A DNA stretch of 32,000 bases from Pseudothioglobus sp. nBUS_23 (lineage in GTDB: Bacteria; Pseudomonadota; Gammaproteobacteria; PS1; Pseudothioglobaceae). The notes under the pieces are model-generated. The model ran no database searches, was not told the DNA's origin, and saw only the letters and a list, made by a program, of their open reading frames with translations. Shown here in pieces: positions 9,441 through 22,073 of the stretch; position 1 is the stretch's first letter, and the number at the start of each line of letters is the position of its first letter. Both the position numbers and the translations under genes were made by a program. The stretch is taken from contig NZ_CP179200.1 of assembly GCF_051201565.1 (NCBI RefSeq), positions 990,001 through 1,022,000 of the forward strand. Direction: 5' to 3'.

Positions 9441-9932
9441 ATGAAGGTTTTAGTAATACTTTTTTTTTGTTTTCTGTGCTTTTCGACCAATGCTGAAAAT
9501 ATCAAAATTGGCTTTATTGATACTAATCAAGTAGTAACTAGCTTATCTCAATACAAAACAAGCATTGATGAAATTTCAAGTGAATTTGAACCTAAGAAAC
9601 AAGAGCTATTAGATTTATATAATCATATTGAATTAGTTAGAACAAAAATTGATGAAATTCTAAAATCTGATTCAAACAAATCTATTGAGGATGATTTAGC
9701 AAAACTTTCAAACTTAGAGCAAAGCTTTAGGAAGGAAACGGAGTTTTGGCAAAATACCATGAATAATAAAAAAATTGATTTACTTAAAGAAATTGAAATT
9801 CTTGTAAATCAAACGATTAATGAATATGCAAAGAGAGAGAATTATGATCTCATTCTTTATGAAAATATAGCTTTTGTAAGTGATAAGGTAGACATATCAA
9901 AAGAAATAATTGATGAAATTGAAAAACTATGA
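9441..9932 (+). CDS. skp: periplasmic chaperone Skp (OmpH family)
   Basis: 163 aa with a signal peptide and a coiled-coil-rich K/E-rich body. It lies in the conserved position between bamA and lpxD. Confidence 0.8.
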   Translation: MKVLVILFFCFLCFSTNAENIKIGFIDTNQVVTSLSQYKTSIDEISSEFEPKKQELLDLYNHIELVRTKIDEILKSDSNKSIEDDLAKLSNLEQSFRKETEFWQNTMNNKKIDLLKEIEILVNQTINEYAKRENYDLILYENIAFVSDKVDISKEIIDEIEKL

Positions 9933-10924
9933 AACTTACACTACAAGAAATAGCTAATTTGATTGATGGCTCAATTGAAGGTGACAATACTAAAGAAATC
10001 TATGGACTCAATTCTCTAGTAAATGCAGACCTAAATCAGATTTCATATGCCGTCAGTGAAAAGTACAAGGATGCTATGATTAAATCTCAAGCTGGGGCTA
10101 TTATAGTTAACCAGGAGCTTAAAGAGCACTGTAAAACTAATGTAATTATCGTTAAAAATGTTTATCTAGCATATTCACTACTTTCTCATAAATTTAAACA
10201 AACTCAAGATATTAATAATTTAACTTTTGGAAATGAAGTCAGTTATCCAAATACCAAAATTGCTTCAAGCTCTTTAATTGGAAAAAATGTTGAGATTGGT
10301 GCTGAAACAATCATTCATCACAATTGTGTTATAGAAGACGACACCAGTATTGGTCAAGGTTGTCTGATTGAGTCAAACGTTACAATTCAACATGGCAGTA
10401 TTATTGGAGATAATTGCATCATTTCTCCCGGAGCTGTAATAGGTTCAGAAGGTTTTGGAAATGCAAGAAACAATAAAAAATGGAGCGCTATAGCTCATTT
10501 GGGAAATGTATCCATTGGAAACAATGTATCAATTGGTGCCAATTCAACTATTGACCGAGGGTCAATGTCAAATACCGAAATTCATGATGGTGTAAAGATT
10601 GACAACCTGATACATATTGCCCACAATGTGATTATTGGGGAGGATACGGCTATTGCAGCAAAAACTGGTATTGCTGGATCAACAAAGATTGGTAAACGAT
10701 GCATGATTGGTGGCGCTGTAGGGATTGTGGGCCATCTAAACATTACCGACGATGTTATCATTAATGCAACAAGTACGGTGAATCGTAATATTTCAAAACC
10801 TGGTATTTACACTGGTTTTATGCCTATCATGCTTCACTCAGAATGGAAAAAGGTCGGAATGTGGGTATCAAAACTTGATAAAATTGCCAGCTTCCTGAAG
10901 ATTAAATTGAAAAACATTAGGTAA
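9929..10924 (+). CDS. lpxD: UDP-3-O-acylglucosamine N-acyltransferase LpxD
   Basis: 331 aa with an LpxD-type N-terminus (LQEIANLIDG) followed by left-handed beta-helix hexapeptide repeats. It has a 4-nt ATGA overlap with skp. Confidence 0.9.
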   Translation: MKLTLQEIANLIDGSIEGDNTKEIYGLNSLVNADLNQISYAVSEKYKDAMIKSQAGAIIVNQELKEHCKTNVIIVKNVYLAYSLLSHKFKQTQDINNLTFGNEVSYPNTKIASSSLIGKNVEIGAETIIHHNCVIEDDTSIGQGCLIESNVTIQHGSIIGDNCIISPGAVIGSEGFGNARNNKKWSAIAHLGNVSIGNNVSIGANSTIDRGSMSNTEIHDGVKIDNLIHIAHNVIIGEDTAIAAKTGIAGSTKIGKRCMIGGAVGIVGHLNITDDVIINATSTVNRNISKPGIYTGFMPIMLHSEWKKVGMWVSKLDKIASFLKIKLKNIR

Positions 10925-10928
10925 ACTT

Positions 10929-11375
10929 ATGGAAATGAATATTAACGAGGTAAAGAACTTTCTTCCCCATCGCTACCCTTTTTTACTCATTGACAGGGTA
11001 ATCAGCTTTGAATCAGGAAAGAATTTAACTGCCATTAAAAATATCTCTTTTAATGAGCCCCAATTTACTGGTCACTTTCCTGAACAGCCCATTATGCCAG
11101 GAGTCCTTATTATTGAAGCAATGGCGCAGGCAACAGGTATATTGGCATTTAAATCAGAAGTGGGTCGCCCTGAAATTGGGCAGATTTATATGCTAGTTGG
11201 TGTTGATAAAGTTCGCTTCAAAAGAATCGTTGAACCTGGTGATCAGCTTGAAATTTATGCTGAAGTTATTACAGTTAAGCGTGGAATGTGGAAGTTTAGC
11301 TGCACTGCCAAAGTAGAAGGCGAACTTGTGACTTCTGCTGATATTTTATGCACCCAAAAAAAGGCGGATAGCTAA
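10929..11375 (+). CDS. fabZ: 3-hydroxyacyl-ACP dehydratase FabZ
   Basis: 148 aa with LPHRYPFLLIDRV, FTGHFP and PIMPGVLIIEAMAQ motifs. Confidence 0.93.
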   Translation: MEMNINEVKNFLPHRYPFLLIDRVISFESGKNLTAIKNISFNEPQFTGHFPEQPIMPGVLIIEAMAQATGILAFKSEVGRPEIGQIYMLVGVDKVRFKRIVEPGDQLEIYAEVITVKRGMWKFSCTAKVEGELVTSADILCTQKKADS

Positions 11376-11377
11376 CC

Positions 11378-12175
11378 ATGTCTATTGATCCATCGGCGAT
11401 AGTTCATGAAAGCGCTAAGATTCACAAAAGTGCAGTTATTGCAGCCTATGCGATGATTGGTGCAAACGTTGAAATTGGTCCAGGAACCGTCGTTGACTCT
11501 CATGCAGTCATTGAAGGACCAACAAAGATCGGCAAAAATAACCACATTTACTCTTTTGCTTCAATTGGAGGTGACCCACAAGACATTACCTACCAGGATG
11601 GTCAAGAGAGTAATCTTGTTATTGGTGATGACAACCTTATAAGAGAGTTTTGCACAATCAATAGAGGCACTGAAAAGGAGAACTCTTTAACTCGAATTGG
11701 TTCCAACAACATGCTTATGTCTTATGTTCATATTGCTCATGATTGTCAGCTAGGTGACCACATCATTATGTCAAATAATGCCTCACTTGCAGGACACGTA
11801 AGAATATCTGACTGGGCCATATTGAATGGTTTTGTTTTAGTTAAACAGTTTTGCAGTATCGGAAGACATGCCTATGCGGCAATGGGATGTCAAATCAATA
11901 AAGATATACCGGACTATATGGTTGCCGCTGGCATTAACCCAAGAATTAGAAGTATTAATACAGTAGGCTTAAAACGAAGAGGTTTCAGTGCCAGCTCAAT
12001 CTCTTCGATTAAACGTGCATTTAAAGTGGTTTATAGAGACTCTCAAGGTAGGCTGCTAGATCAGGCTCTGAAGGAGCTTGAAGCATCAGAATCTGATAGC
12101 GCTGAGGTAATGCAATTTGTTAAATGTATTCGAAATTCAAGAGTGGGCATTATGCGTGGCCCAGTAGATGAGTAG
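11378..12175 (+). CDS. lpxA: acyl-ACP--UDP-N-acetylglucosamine O-acyltransferase LpxA
   Basis: 265 aa with an IDPSAIVH start, hexapeptide repeats, a HIAHDC motif and a C-terminal helical domain. It follows fabZ. Confidence 0.92.
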   Translation: MSIDPSAIVHESAKIHKSAVIAAYAMIGANVEIGPGTVVDSHAVIEGPTKIGKNNHIYSFASIGGDPQDITYQDGQESNLVIGDDNLIREFCTINRGTEKENSLTRIGSNNMLMSYVHIAHDCQLGDHIIMSNNASLAGHVRISDWAILNGFVLVKQFCSIGRHAYAAMGCQINKDIPDYMVAAGINPRIRSINTVGLKRRGFSASSISSIKRAFKVVYRDSQGRLLDQALKELEASESDSAEVMQFVKCIRNSRVGIMRGPVDE

Positions 12176-12192
12176 ATAATTTCAATTAAGTC

Positions 12193-13722
12193 ATGTCCAA
12201 GTCATTTATAAGGTCAAGCAGTATTGTCTCTGCAATGACCTTTATATCAAGGATATTAGGTTTAATCAGAGATTTCATCATTGCTCGTTTATTTGGAGCT
12301 AATGAGCTTACTGATGCCTTTTTGGTAGCATTCAGAATCCCTAATTTCTTTAGGCGCTTATTTGCCGAAGGCGCCTTTTCTCAGGCATTTCTTCCTATCC
12401 TAGCTGAAACTAAGGCGAACGAAAGTGACATAGAAGTTCAGTTAGTGATTAATCACATTGCGACTAAACTTTTAAGTGTGCTAATGATTATTACACTTGT
12501 TGCAGTTGTGGCTGCCCCTTTAGTCATCTTTATTTTTGCATGGGGTTTTTACTTTAAGGCTGATTCCACTCAATTTCATTTGGCGTCAGATATGCTAAGA
12601 ATAACCTTCCCCTATCTACTATTGATTTCATTAACAGCATTGTCAGGATCAATACTGAACACTTTTGATAACTTTACTGTTCCAGCATTCACACCGGTCC
12701 TTCTTAATATTTCATTAATTTTAAGTGCCATTTTTTCATCACAATTTCTCAATAATCCTATTATGGCTCTAGCATGGGGAGTTTTGATTGGAGGCATACT
12801 TCAGCTTGCTTTTCAGATTCCTTTTTTAAGAAAAATAAAAAAATTACCGAAATTACAATTTGGACACCATAAAACGATTGACACTCTTAAAAAAAGAATG
12901 CTGCCCGCCCTTTTTGGAGTTTCAGTTTCTCAAATCAACCTTCTTGTGGACACTATGATTGCCTCCACTCTAATTGCTGGAAGTGTTTCATGGCTATATT
13001 ACTCAGATAGACTCCTAGAGTTACCCTTAGCCCTTATAGGAATAGCTCTTGCTACAGTAGCACTTGCTAAACTCAGTAATTATCATGCTCATAAAGATAC
13101 TTCGAACTTTGTTAAAACCATTAATAAAGCTCTATTAATATCTTTAATTTTGGGATTTCCAGCTTGTCTAGGTCTTATTCTCTATTCTAAAGAGCTAATT
13201 ATTACCCTCTTTCAATATGGCGAATTTAGTGTGGATTCAGCCATTAAAACCTCATTGAGTCTTCAGGCCTATGGCTCAGGGCTAATGGCATTTATTGCAA
13301 TTAAGATTTTTGCGCCTGTATTCTTATCAAGAGGAGATACAAAAACTCCCGTGAAAGCTGGAATTGTAGCAATGGTATCAAATATTATATTAAACCTAAT
13401 ACTCGTTCAGTTTTATGGTCATATTGGGCTTGCAGCTGCTACCTCACTGTCTGCATTATTGAATGCTTCAATACTTTACTTCTACTTGATTAAACAATCA
13501 ATCTTTAAGTTTGATGCTGCTTTCTATAAAATGCTAACTAGAGTCATATTCGCTGTAATTTTGATGTCATCATATATTTTGTTTTTTGATACAAATATTG
13601 AAGCGTATTTTGATTCTTCAATATTTGATAGATGCTGGTTATTATTTAAGTCGATAGCTATATCAGCGTCTATTTATTTTTTATCATTATTTGTTATTGG
13701 AGTAAGGTTTAAAGATCTATGA
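12193..13722 (+). CDS. murJ: lipid II flippase MurJ (MviN)
   Basis: 509 aa, polytopic. The N-terminal signature is [18 protein letters not shown]...[28 protein letters not shown]. Confidence 0.9.
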   Translation: MSKSFIRSSSIVSAMTFISRILGLIRDFIIARLFGANELTDAFLVAFRIPNFFRRLFAEGAFSQAFLPILAETKANESDIEVQLVINHIATKLLSVLMIITLVAVVAAPLVIFIFAWGFYFKADSTQFHLASDMLRITFPYLLLISLTALSGSILNTFDNFTVPAFTPVLLNISLILSAIFSSQFLNNPIMALAWGVLIGGILQLAFQIPFLRKIKKLPKLQFGHHKTIDTLKKRMLPALFGVSVSQINLLVDTMIASTLIAGSVSWLYYSDRLLELPLALIGIALATVALAKLSNYHAHKDTSNFVKTINKALLISLILGFPACLGLILYSKELIITLFQYGEFSVDSAIKTSLSLQAYGSGLMAFIAIKIFAPVFLSRGDTKTPVKAGIVAMVSNIILNLILVQFYGHIGLAAATSLSALLNASILYFYLIKQSIFKFDAAFYKMLTRVIFAVILMSSYILFFDTNIEAYFDSSIFDRCWLLFKSIAISASIYFLSLFVIGVRFKDL

Positions 13723-13988
13723 ATACAGTCAACTGCATCAAATTGAATAAAAAGCTTGAAGGGTTAGATAGAGCGCCCTATCCTGGAGAGCTTGGAAAAA
13801 GAATATTAGAATCAGTCTCAAAAGAAGCTTGGCAACAATGGCTTGATTATCAAACAATGCTAATCAATGAAAATAGTTTAAATCTTTTTGATGAATCCTC
13901 ACAAAGCTACCTCAAGCAACAAATGGAAAATTACTTTTTCTCTGAGGGAGGTAATGTGGATAAGATTGAGGGTTACACGCCTAAATAA
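13719..13988 (+). CDS. yggX: Fe(2+)-trafficking / oxidative-damage protection protein YggX
   Basis: 89 aa with [15 protein letters not shown]...SKEAWQQW...QTMLINE, characteristic of YggX. It has a 4-nt overlap with murJ. Confidence 0.85.
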   Translation: MNTVNCIKLNKKLEGLDRAPYPGELGKRILESVSKEAWQQWLDYQTMLINENSLNLFDESSQSYLKQQMENYFFSEGGNVDKIEGYTPK

Positions 13989-14002
13989 CTCAACTAAAAT
14001 AA

Positions 14003-14654
<652 letters not shown>

Positions 14655-14685
14655 TTAGGCCTAATTTATCGAATTAAGGAAGTAA

Positions 14686-15513
14686 ATGAGTGATTTTGCA
14701 TTATCGATAAACAACGTATCTAGAGATCTGGAGGTACAGAAGTACCCTCCTATTCTAACGCCAGAAGAAGAATACGACCTAGCTATTGAACTCTATGAAA
14801 ATGGTAGCCTCTCAGCTGCAAAGAAGCTCGTTATGTCGCACATGCGTTTTGTCGCTTTCATAGCTCATGGCTATAAAGGTTATGGATTAGAACAAGCAGA
14901 TTTAATCCAGGAAGGAACAATCGGTTTAATGAAAGCCGTTAAACGATTCAACCCGCACAAAAAAGTTAGATTGTCATCATTCGCTGTCTATTGGATTCGT
15001 GCTGAGATTCATGAGTATATTTTTAAAAACTGGAAAATAGTTAAAGTTGCGACTACTAAAGCTCAAAGAAAACTCTTCTTTAAGCTTAAGCAAGCAAAAT
15101 CGAACATTTTTCAGTCTTTAACTAATGAACAAGCCAAAGTGATTGCTGATGATCTTGGTGTTAAAGAAAAAGATGTTATTGAAATGGAATCAAGACTGCA
15201 GCTTAACGATGTTGCCTTTGAAGTTAATGATGATGAAGATGCTTACACGCCTGAGCATTATGTTGCAGATCCTGGAAAAAATCCTGAGCAATTAGTGCTC
15301 AGTGATAAAAATCAAGAAGACCAACACAAAAGGCTTTATCAAGCTCTGTCTTCCTTAGATCAAAGAAGTATCGAAATTTTACAATCTAGGTACTTGAAAG
15401 AGGAAAAAGAGACCCTACATACTTTAGCAGACAAGTATGGTGTTTCCGCTGAAAGGGTTCGTCAACTTGAAAACAAAGCTATAAAAAAGCTTAAAGAACG
15501 TCTAGAAGAATAA
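14686..15513 (+). CDS. rpoH: RNA polymerase sigma-32 factor RpoH
   Basis: 275 aa. It has the RpoH box QRKLFFKLK (E. coli QRKLFFNLR), the region 2 motif [19 protein letters not shown] and the region 4.2 motif [13 protein letters not shown] good SD (AAGGAAG) is present. Confidence 0.93.
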   Translation: MSDFALSINNVSRDLEVQKYPPILTPEEEYDLAIELYENGSLSAAKKLVMSHMRFVAFIAHGYKGYGLEQADLIQEGTIGLMKAVKRFNPHKKVRLSSFAVYWIRAEIHEYIFKNWKIVKVATTKAQRKLFFKLKQAKSNIFQSLTNEQAKVIADDLGVKEKDVIEMESRLQLNDVAFEVNDDEDAYTPEHYVADPGKNPEQLVLSDKNQEDQHKRLYQALSSLDQRSIEILQSRYLKEEKETLHTLADKYGVSAERVRQLENKAIKKLKERLEE

Positions 15514-15535
15514 CTCTTCTACGATATTTTTTTTT
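15503..15535 (+). terminator. weak hairpin plus T9 at the rpoH stop codon; possible leaky terminator or attenuator
   Basis: TAGAAGA (15503-15509) pairs with TCTTCTA (15515-15521). The 5-nt loop contains the TAA stop. After 5 nt comes T9 (15527-15535). The stem is AT-rich and short, so any termination is probably partial. Confidence 0.3.
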
Positions 15536-15553
15536 GTAATACCAGGAGAAAAC

Positions 15554-15844
15554 ATGGAAATCCGTCCCCTTCACGATCGTGTAATCGTTCGTAGAGTAGA
15601 AGAAAAAAAGACTACAGCAAGTGGTTTAATAATCCCTGATTCATCAACTGAAAAGCCTTCAAGAGGTGAAGTTGTTGCAGCAGGAAATGGAAGAATAAGT
15701 GCACAAGGAGACTTAATTCCTTTGGATGTTAAGGTTGGTGACACAGTAATGTTTGGACAATATTCAGGTTCAGAAATCACAGTTGGAGAAGAAAAACTCC
15801 TAGTGATGAGTGAAGATGAGATTGTTGCAGTAATCGAAGAATAA
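15554..15844 (+). CDS. groES: co-chaperonin GroES
   Basis: 96 aa starting [14 protein letters not shown], with the mobile loop TASGLIIP. A strong SD (AGGAGA) is present. Confidence 0.97.
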   Translation: MEIRPLHDRVIVRRVEEKKTTASGLIIPDSSTEKPSRGEVVAAGNGRISAQGDLIPLDVKVGDTVMFGQYSGSEITVGEEKLLVMSEDEIVAVIEE

Positions 15845-17497
<1,653 letters not shown>

Positions 17498-17515
17498 ATC
17501 TGCTGTTTTAGAGAG

Positions 17516-17544
17516 AAAAGCCCCATTTTTTGGGGCTTTTTTTT
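17516..17544 (+). terminator. rho-independent terminator after groEL
   Basis: AAAAGCCCC (17516-17524) pairs with GGGGCTTTT (17532-17540) around a 7-nt loop. The T run continues to 17544. Confidence 0.85.
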
Positions 17545-17552
17545 GGTATTAT
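17544..17552 (+). promoter_or_regulatory. possible extended -10 promoter element upstream of parE
   Basis: TGgTATTAT lies directly after the groEL terminator T-tail and 28 nt before the parE ATG. There is no recognisable -35 and no clear SD for parE, so confidence is low. Confidence 0.3.
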
Positions 17553-17579
17553 GATTGCCAATTATATCTTTCATAAACT

Positions 17580-19463
17580 ATGTCAAATTACGACGCATCC
17601 TCGATAGAAGTCTTAACTGGTCTGGAGCCAGTCAAAAAACGTCCAGGCATGTATACAGACACTGAAAACCCGAATCATCTTGCACAAGAGGTCATTGATA
17701 ACAGTGTAGATGAGGCGGTCTCTGGATACGCAACTCAAATCAACGTTACGCTGCATAAAGACAACTCAATGTCGGTTGAAGACAATGGCAGAGGAATACC
17801 AATAGATATTCATCCAAAAGAAGGCACTCCTGCTGTTGAAGTTATTCTGACAAAACTTCATGCGGGTGGTAAATTTTCTAATGACTCATACCAGTTCTCT
17901 GGCGGCCTTCATGGTGTTGGAATATCCGTTGTTAACGCCCTGTCAAGTTCTATCGAAGTATGGATTAAAAGGGATGCAAAGCACTACTTCATGAAGTTTG
18001 AATCTAGCGTTAAGTCAAGTGATTTAGAAGAAATAGGTGCGGTTGGAAAGCGCAATACTGGGACGTTAATCAAGTTTATGCCTGATGCACAGTTCTTTGA
18101 TTCTGTTAAATTCTCTATTAAAAAATTAAGGCACAATCTTAGATCTAAAGCGGTACTTTGTCCTGGACTTGCAGTTAACTTTAAAAATGAAATTGATGAA
18201 ACTGAGGATAACTGGCTTTTTGAGGATGGCATTAAGGACTACCTACAAGCCTCTTTAGATGGGTTAGATTGTGTGCCAAGCGCCCCTTTTGTTATTTCAT
18301 TTGGAACCAAAGAGGAGCAGCTTGATTGTGCTCTAACCTGGACCGAAAACACAAGCAATACGACAGCAGAAAGCTTTGTAAATTTAATCCCTACGATTGG
18401 TGGTGGGACGCATGTTAATGGACTCAGATCTGGATTAACTGAAGCGCTCAAAGAGTTTTGTGAATTCAGAAATCTTATTCCAAAAAACATCAAATTAACT
18501 CCAGACGATGTCTGGCAAAGAATTGCATATGTCCTATCAATCAAAATACTTGATCCACAGTTTTCTGGACAAACCAAGGAAAGGCTCTCCTCTAGAGAAT
18601 GCGCTTCATTTGTCTCAGGTGTCGTAAAGGATTCTTTTAGCCTATGGCTCAACCAGCACACAGACATTGCTGAAAAAATTGCAGAGCTGGCTATTCTCAA
18701 TGCACAATCAAGATTAAAGACAGCAAAAAAGGTTGTTCGCAAGAAAATTGTCAGCGGGCCAGCCCTTCCTGGAAAGCTTTCAGACTGCACGAGCTCTGAT
18801 CTTGAGCAAACTGAGGTTTTTTTAGTTGAAGGAGATTCGGCTGGAGGATCAGCTAAACAAGCAAGAGATAAAGATTATCAAGCCATTCTTCCCTTAAGGG
18901 GTAAGATTCTGAATACTTGGGAGGTTGACTCTTCCCAGGTTCTGGCCTCTAATGAAATTCATGATATTAGCGTTGCTATAGGTTTAGAACCTGACAACAG
19001 TGATCTTTCTGGTTTAAGGTATGGAAAGATCTGTATTTTGGCTGATGCTGACTCAGATGGACTGCATATCGCCACCTTAATTTGCGCATTATTTGTAAAA
19101 CACTTCCCTAAACTAGTGAGCCAAGGACATGTCTATGTAGCCATGCCCCCTCTTTATCGTATCGATGCAGGTAAACAAGTATTCTATGCGCTAGATGATG
19201 CAGAGAAAGATCAGATTGAAGCCAAACTCATGAAAGAAAACAAACGACAAAAAATACAAGTTCAACGCTTTAAAGGGCTTGGTGAAATGAATCCAAAGCA
19301 GCTTCGTGAAACTGCAATGCAGCCAGATACAAGGAGATTGATTCAACTTACCCTAAATCATCCACTTCAAATCTCAGAAACAATGGACATGCTGCTATCC
19401 AAAAAAAGAGCATCAGATCGAAAATCCTGGCTTGAAACCAAAGGCAATTTAGCGAATGTCTAA
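17580..19463 (+). CDS. parE: DNA topoisomerase IV subunit B ParE
   Basis: 627 aa, which is ParE-sized and lacks the long insertion of gammaproteobacterial GyrB. By eye it is near-colinear with E. coli ParE ([61 protein letters not shown]). Confidence 0.93.
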   Translation: MSNYDASSIEVLTGLEPVKKRPGMYTDTENPNHLAQEVIDNSVDEAVSGYATQINVTLHKDNSMSVEDNGRGIPIDIHPKEGTPAVEVILTKLHAGGKFSNDSYQFSGGLHGVGISVVNALSSSIEVWIKRDAKHYFMKFESSVKSSDLEEIGAVGKRNTGTLIKFMPDAQFFDSVKFSIKKLRHNLRSKAVLCPGLAVNFKNEIDETEDNWLFEDGIKDYLQASLDGLDCVPSAPFVISFGTKEEQLDCALTWTENTSNTTAESFVNLIPTIGGGTHVNGLRSGLTEALKEFCEFRNLIPKNIKLTPDDVWQRIAYVLSIKILDPQFSGQTKERLSSRECASFVSGVVKDSFSLWLNQHTDIAEKIAELAILNAQSRLKTAKKVVRKKIVSGPALPGKLSDCTSSDLEQTEVFLVEGDSAGGSAKQARDKDYQAILPLRGKILNTWEVDSSQVLASNEIHDISVAIGLEPDNSDLSGLRYGKICILADADSDGLHIATLICALFVKHFPKLVSQGHVYVAMPPLYRIDAGKQVFYALDDAEKDQIEAKLMKENKRQKIQVQRFKGLGEMNPKQLRETAMQPDTRRLIQLTLNHPLQISETMDMLLSKKRASDRKSWLETKGNLANV

Positions 19464-20127
19464 GGCTGTAATTCTACTATCTGGTGGGTTAGACTCAACA
19501 ACAGTGCTTGCTATAGCAAAATCGCAAGGCTATGACTGCTATGCGCTGAGCTTTGATTATGGGCAAAAACAAAGATCAGAACTAGAGTCATCGATATCAA
19601 TTGCGAAAAAATCTAATGTCATCGAGCATAGGATTATGAAAATTTCATTAAGCGATATTGGAGGTTCAGCACTAACAGATCAATCTATTGATGTTCCAAA
19701 ATACTCTGATAGCGATGAAATACCCATAACCTATGTCCCTGCAAGAAATACCATTTTTTTATCTTTTGCTCTTGCCTGGGCCGAGGTTGTAGATTGTCAA
19801 ACAATTTTTATAGGTGTGAACGCTCTAGATTATTCAGGCTATCCTGACTGTAGGCCAGAATTTATTGAGGCTTTCGAAAATATGGCAAACCTAGCCACAA
19901 AGCAGTCTGTTGAGGGAGATAGAATTCAAATCAAGACGCCTTTGATTAGCATGACTAAAGCAGAAATAATTAAAAAAGGGCTTGGTCTTGGAGTAGATTA
20001 TTCAGAAACTACGAGTTGCTATGATGCTAATATCCTAGGCGAAGCTTGCGGCGAATGTGATGCCTGTGTTCTTAGAAAAATAGGCTTTGAAAATGCCAAT
20101 GTTAAAGACCCAACCAGATATCAATAA
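19456..20127 (+). CDS. queC: 7-cyano-7-deazaguanine synthase QueC
   Basis: 223 aa with the PP-loop motif [10 protein letters not shown] and a C-terminal Zn-Cys cluster (C..CGECDAC). It has an 8-nt overlap with parE. Confidence 0.92.
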   Translation: MSKAVILLSGGLDSTTVLAIAKSQGYDCYALSFDYGQKQRSELESSISIAKKSNVIEHRIMKISLSDIGGSALTDQSIDVPKYSDSDEIPITYVPARNTIFLSFALAWAEVVDCQTIFIGVNALDYSGYPDCRPEFIEAFENMANLATKQSVEGDRIQIKTPLISMTKAEIIKKGLGLGVDYSETTSCYDANILGEACGECDACVLRKIGFENANVKDPTRYQ

Positions 20128-20207
20128 ATATTTAAAAAAATTACGATATTTAAATGTTTTTGAAGATAAAATGTAATCTTTTAAACAATTTAAGGATTTA
20201 ACTCAAA

Positions 20208-20435
20208 ATGAGTATTGAAGAAAGAGTACGAAAAGTTGTAAGTGAGCAGTTAGATGTTAGTGGTGAAATTGACAATAATGCCTCATTTATTGATGACTTA
20301 GGGGCGGATTCACTTGATACTGTTGAACTTGTAATGTCACTTGAAGAGGAATTCGATACTGAGATTGCAGATGAGGAAGCTGAAAATATTACAACGATTC
20401 AACAGGCAATCGACTACATTAACGCAAACACGTAA
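20208..20435 (+). CDS. acpP: acyl carrier protein
   Basis: 75 aa with the phosphopantetheine attachment motif [14 protein letters not shown] and an acidic composition. An SD (AAGGA) is present. Confidence 0.95.
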   Translation: MSIEERVRKVVSEQLDVSGEIDNNASFIDDLGADSLDTVELVMSLEEEFDTEIADEEAENITTIQQAIDYINANT

Positions 20436-20455
20436 TAATCTTCATAAAATCTATT

Positions 20456-20491
20456 AAGGCGTTTACTTTACTAAGTAACACGCCTTTTTTT
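20456..20491 (+). terminator. rho-independent terminator or attenuator after acpP
   Basis: AAGGCGT (20456-20462) pairs with ACGCCTT (20480-20486). The stem is extended by TTAC/GTAA with one bulge, has an 8-nt loop and is followed by a T run to 20491. E. coli likewise has partial termination between acpP and fabF. Confidence 0.7.
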
Positions 20492-20551
20492 ACGCATTTT
20501 TTTGTATTTTAATTGCTTTTTAAATAACTTCCAATTTTAGATAAATCTATT

Positions 20552-21793
20552 ATGAACAAAAGAAGAGTAGTGATTACAGGGCTTGGCATGGTCTGCCCAG
20601 TAGGAAACAATGTAGAAGATTCTTGGAAAAATATCCTCAATGGTGTATCTGGAATTTCTTTGATTGAAAATCTTGATACTGAATCACAAGCAGTTAAATT
20701 TGGTGGCGCTGTGAAAGATCTCGATGTATCTGAGTACTTAAGTCCAAAAGAAGCCAAAAAAATGGATGTTTTTATCCACTATGGAATGGCTGCTGGAATA
20801 CAAGCGTTTGAGGATAGCGGACTAGAGGTTAATGAGTCCAATGCGGAAAGAATCGGCGTTGCAATTGGTGCTGGTATTGGCGGCATTTCAACTATTGAAA
20901 AAACAGCTGACCTTTTTAGAGAAAAAGGACCAAAAAGAATCTCACCTTTCTTTGTGCCCTCCTCTATCATTAATATGGTCTCAGGAAACATGTCAATCAA
21001 GTACGGCCTTAAAGGCCCAAATTTTGCTATTGTGACTGCTTGCACCACTGGTACTCATAACATTGGAGATGCATCAAGAATTATCGAATATGGCGATGCT
21101 GATGCGATGATTGCTGGTGGCACAGAGATGTCCTCAACCAATTGCGGTCTTGGAGGCTTTGCAGCCGCTCGAGCTTTGTCCACAAGGAATGATGATCCAC
21201 AAACCGCTTCTAGGCCATGGGACGTTGATCGTGACGGGTTTGTTCTTGGTGATGGAGCTGGAGTCGTAGTTCTCGAAGAGTATGAACATGCAAAAAAGCG
21301 TGGTGCTCGAATCTATGGTGAGCTTTCTGGATACGGAATGAGTAGTGACGCTTATCACATGACACTCCCTTCAGAAGGTGGTGAAGGCGCAGCAAGATGT
21401 ATGAAAAATGCAATGAATAATGCAGGCATCAACCCAGATCAACTTGACTACATTAATGCTCATGGCACATCAACACCTGCCGGAGATATTGCTGAAACCG
21501 ATGCCGCAAAGCTTGCACTCGGATCTCACTCAAAAAATATTGTGATGAGCTCAACTAAGTCTATGACTGGCCACTTATTAGGAGCTGCTGGAGGTATTGA
21601 GGCGGTGTTTACTGCCTTGGCCATAAGAGATCAAATAGCTCCTCCAACTATTAACATATTTAATCAAGACCCAAAGTGCGACCTTGATTATGCGGCCAAT
21701 GAGGCGCGAGAAATGAAGATAGATCACGCAATTTCTAATTCGTTTGGATTTGGCGGGACTAACGGCTCTATACTGATTTCAAAAGCCCCTTAG
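20552..21793 (+). CDS. fabF: 3-oxoacyl-ACP synthase II FabF
   Basis: 413 aa with the active-site Cys in IVTACTTG and the catalytic His motifs HGTSTPAGD and GHLLGAAG. It lies downstream of acpP. Confidence 0.93.
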   Translation: MNKRRVVITGLGMVCPVGNNVEDSWKNILNGVSGISLIENLDTESQAVKFGGAVKDLDVSEYLSPKEAKKMDVFIHYGMAAGIQAFEDSGLEVNESNAERIGVAIGAGIGGISTIEKTADLFREKGPKRISPFFVPSSIINMVSGNMSIKYGLKGPNFAIVTACTTGTHNIGDASRIIEYGDADAMIAGGTEMSSTNCGLGGFAAARALSTRNDDPQTASRPWDVDRDGFVLGDGAGVVVLEEYEHAKKRGARIYGELSGYGMSSDAYHMTLPSEGGEGAARCMKNAMNNAGINPDQLDYINAHGTSTPAGDIAETDAAKLALGSHSKNIVMSSTKSMTGHLLGAAGGIEAVFTALAIRDQIAPPTINIFNQDPKCDLDYAANEAREMKIDHAISNSFGFGGTNGSILISKAP

Positions 21794-21800
21794 AGAAACT

Positions 21801-22019
21801 TTAGTTTTCCTCTAAGATAATTGTCGCCGCTTCAGAAAGCTCAGAATCTGGAATGATATTTCTGACAATATTAAAGATTCTTTTAGCGCCGTTAGTGACA
21901 CTATTAAAGGCTTCTTTTTTATTGATAATTAATTGCCAGCTGTTATCTGTAGATTTAAAGTCAAAAGCACCTCCAATTATTGCCAGGGCTAAAATGGCGC
22001 CGAGTAGATATTTAATCAT
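21801..22019 (-). CDS. hypothetical small membrane-anchored or secreted protein (72 aa), doubtful
   Basis: It has an N-terminal hydrophobic segment (MIKYLLGAILALAIIGGAF) followed by a polar tail, which looks more protein-like than the overlapping + strand ORF at 21853-22077. It lies 54 nt downstream of prlC on the same strand. There is no clear SD and I recognise no homologue. Confidence 0.35.
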   Translation of the reverse strand: MIKYLLGAILALAIIGGAFDFKSTDNSWQLIINKKEAFNSVTNGAKRIFNIVRNIIPDSELSEAATIILEEN

Positions 22020-22073
22020 GCTTTATTTTAACTTTAATCTCAATGAGGATAGATTTTACCAATTTTATAGGCA

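Noticed and set aside
9460-9468. Homopolymer tracts occur inside coding sequence as possible slipped-strand phase-variation sites: T9 in the skp signal-peptide region, A8 in lipA near 1575 and T-rich runs in the bamA signal peptide.
   Set aside because: They are expected in an AT-rich genome and encode Phe/Lys-rich segments. The genes are essential housekeeping genes, and there is no evidence of frame disruption.
15466-15472. A second CTTGAAA (sigma32 -35-like) lies closer to groES.
   Set aside because: No C-rich -10 follows at 13-15 nt; the sequence there is AAGCTTAA. The heptamer is explained by the conserved region 4.2 codons (..RQLENK..).
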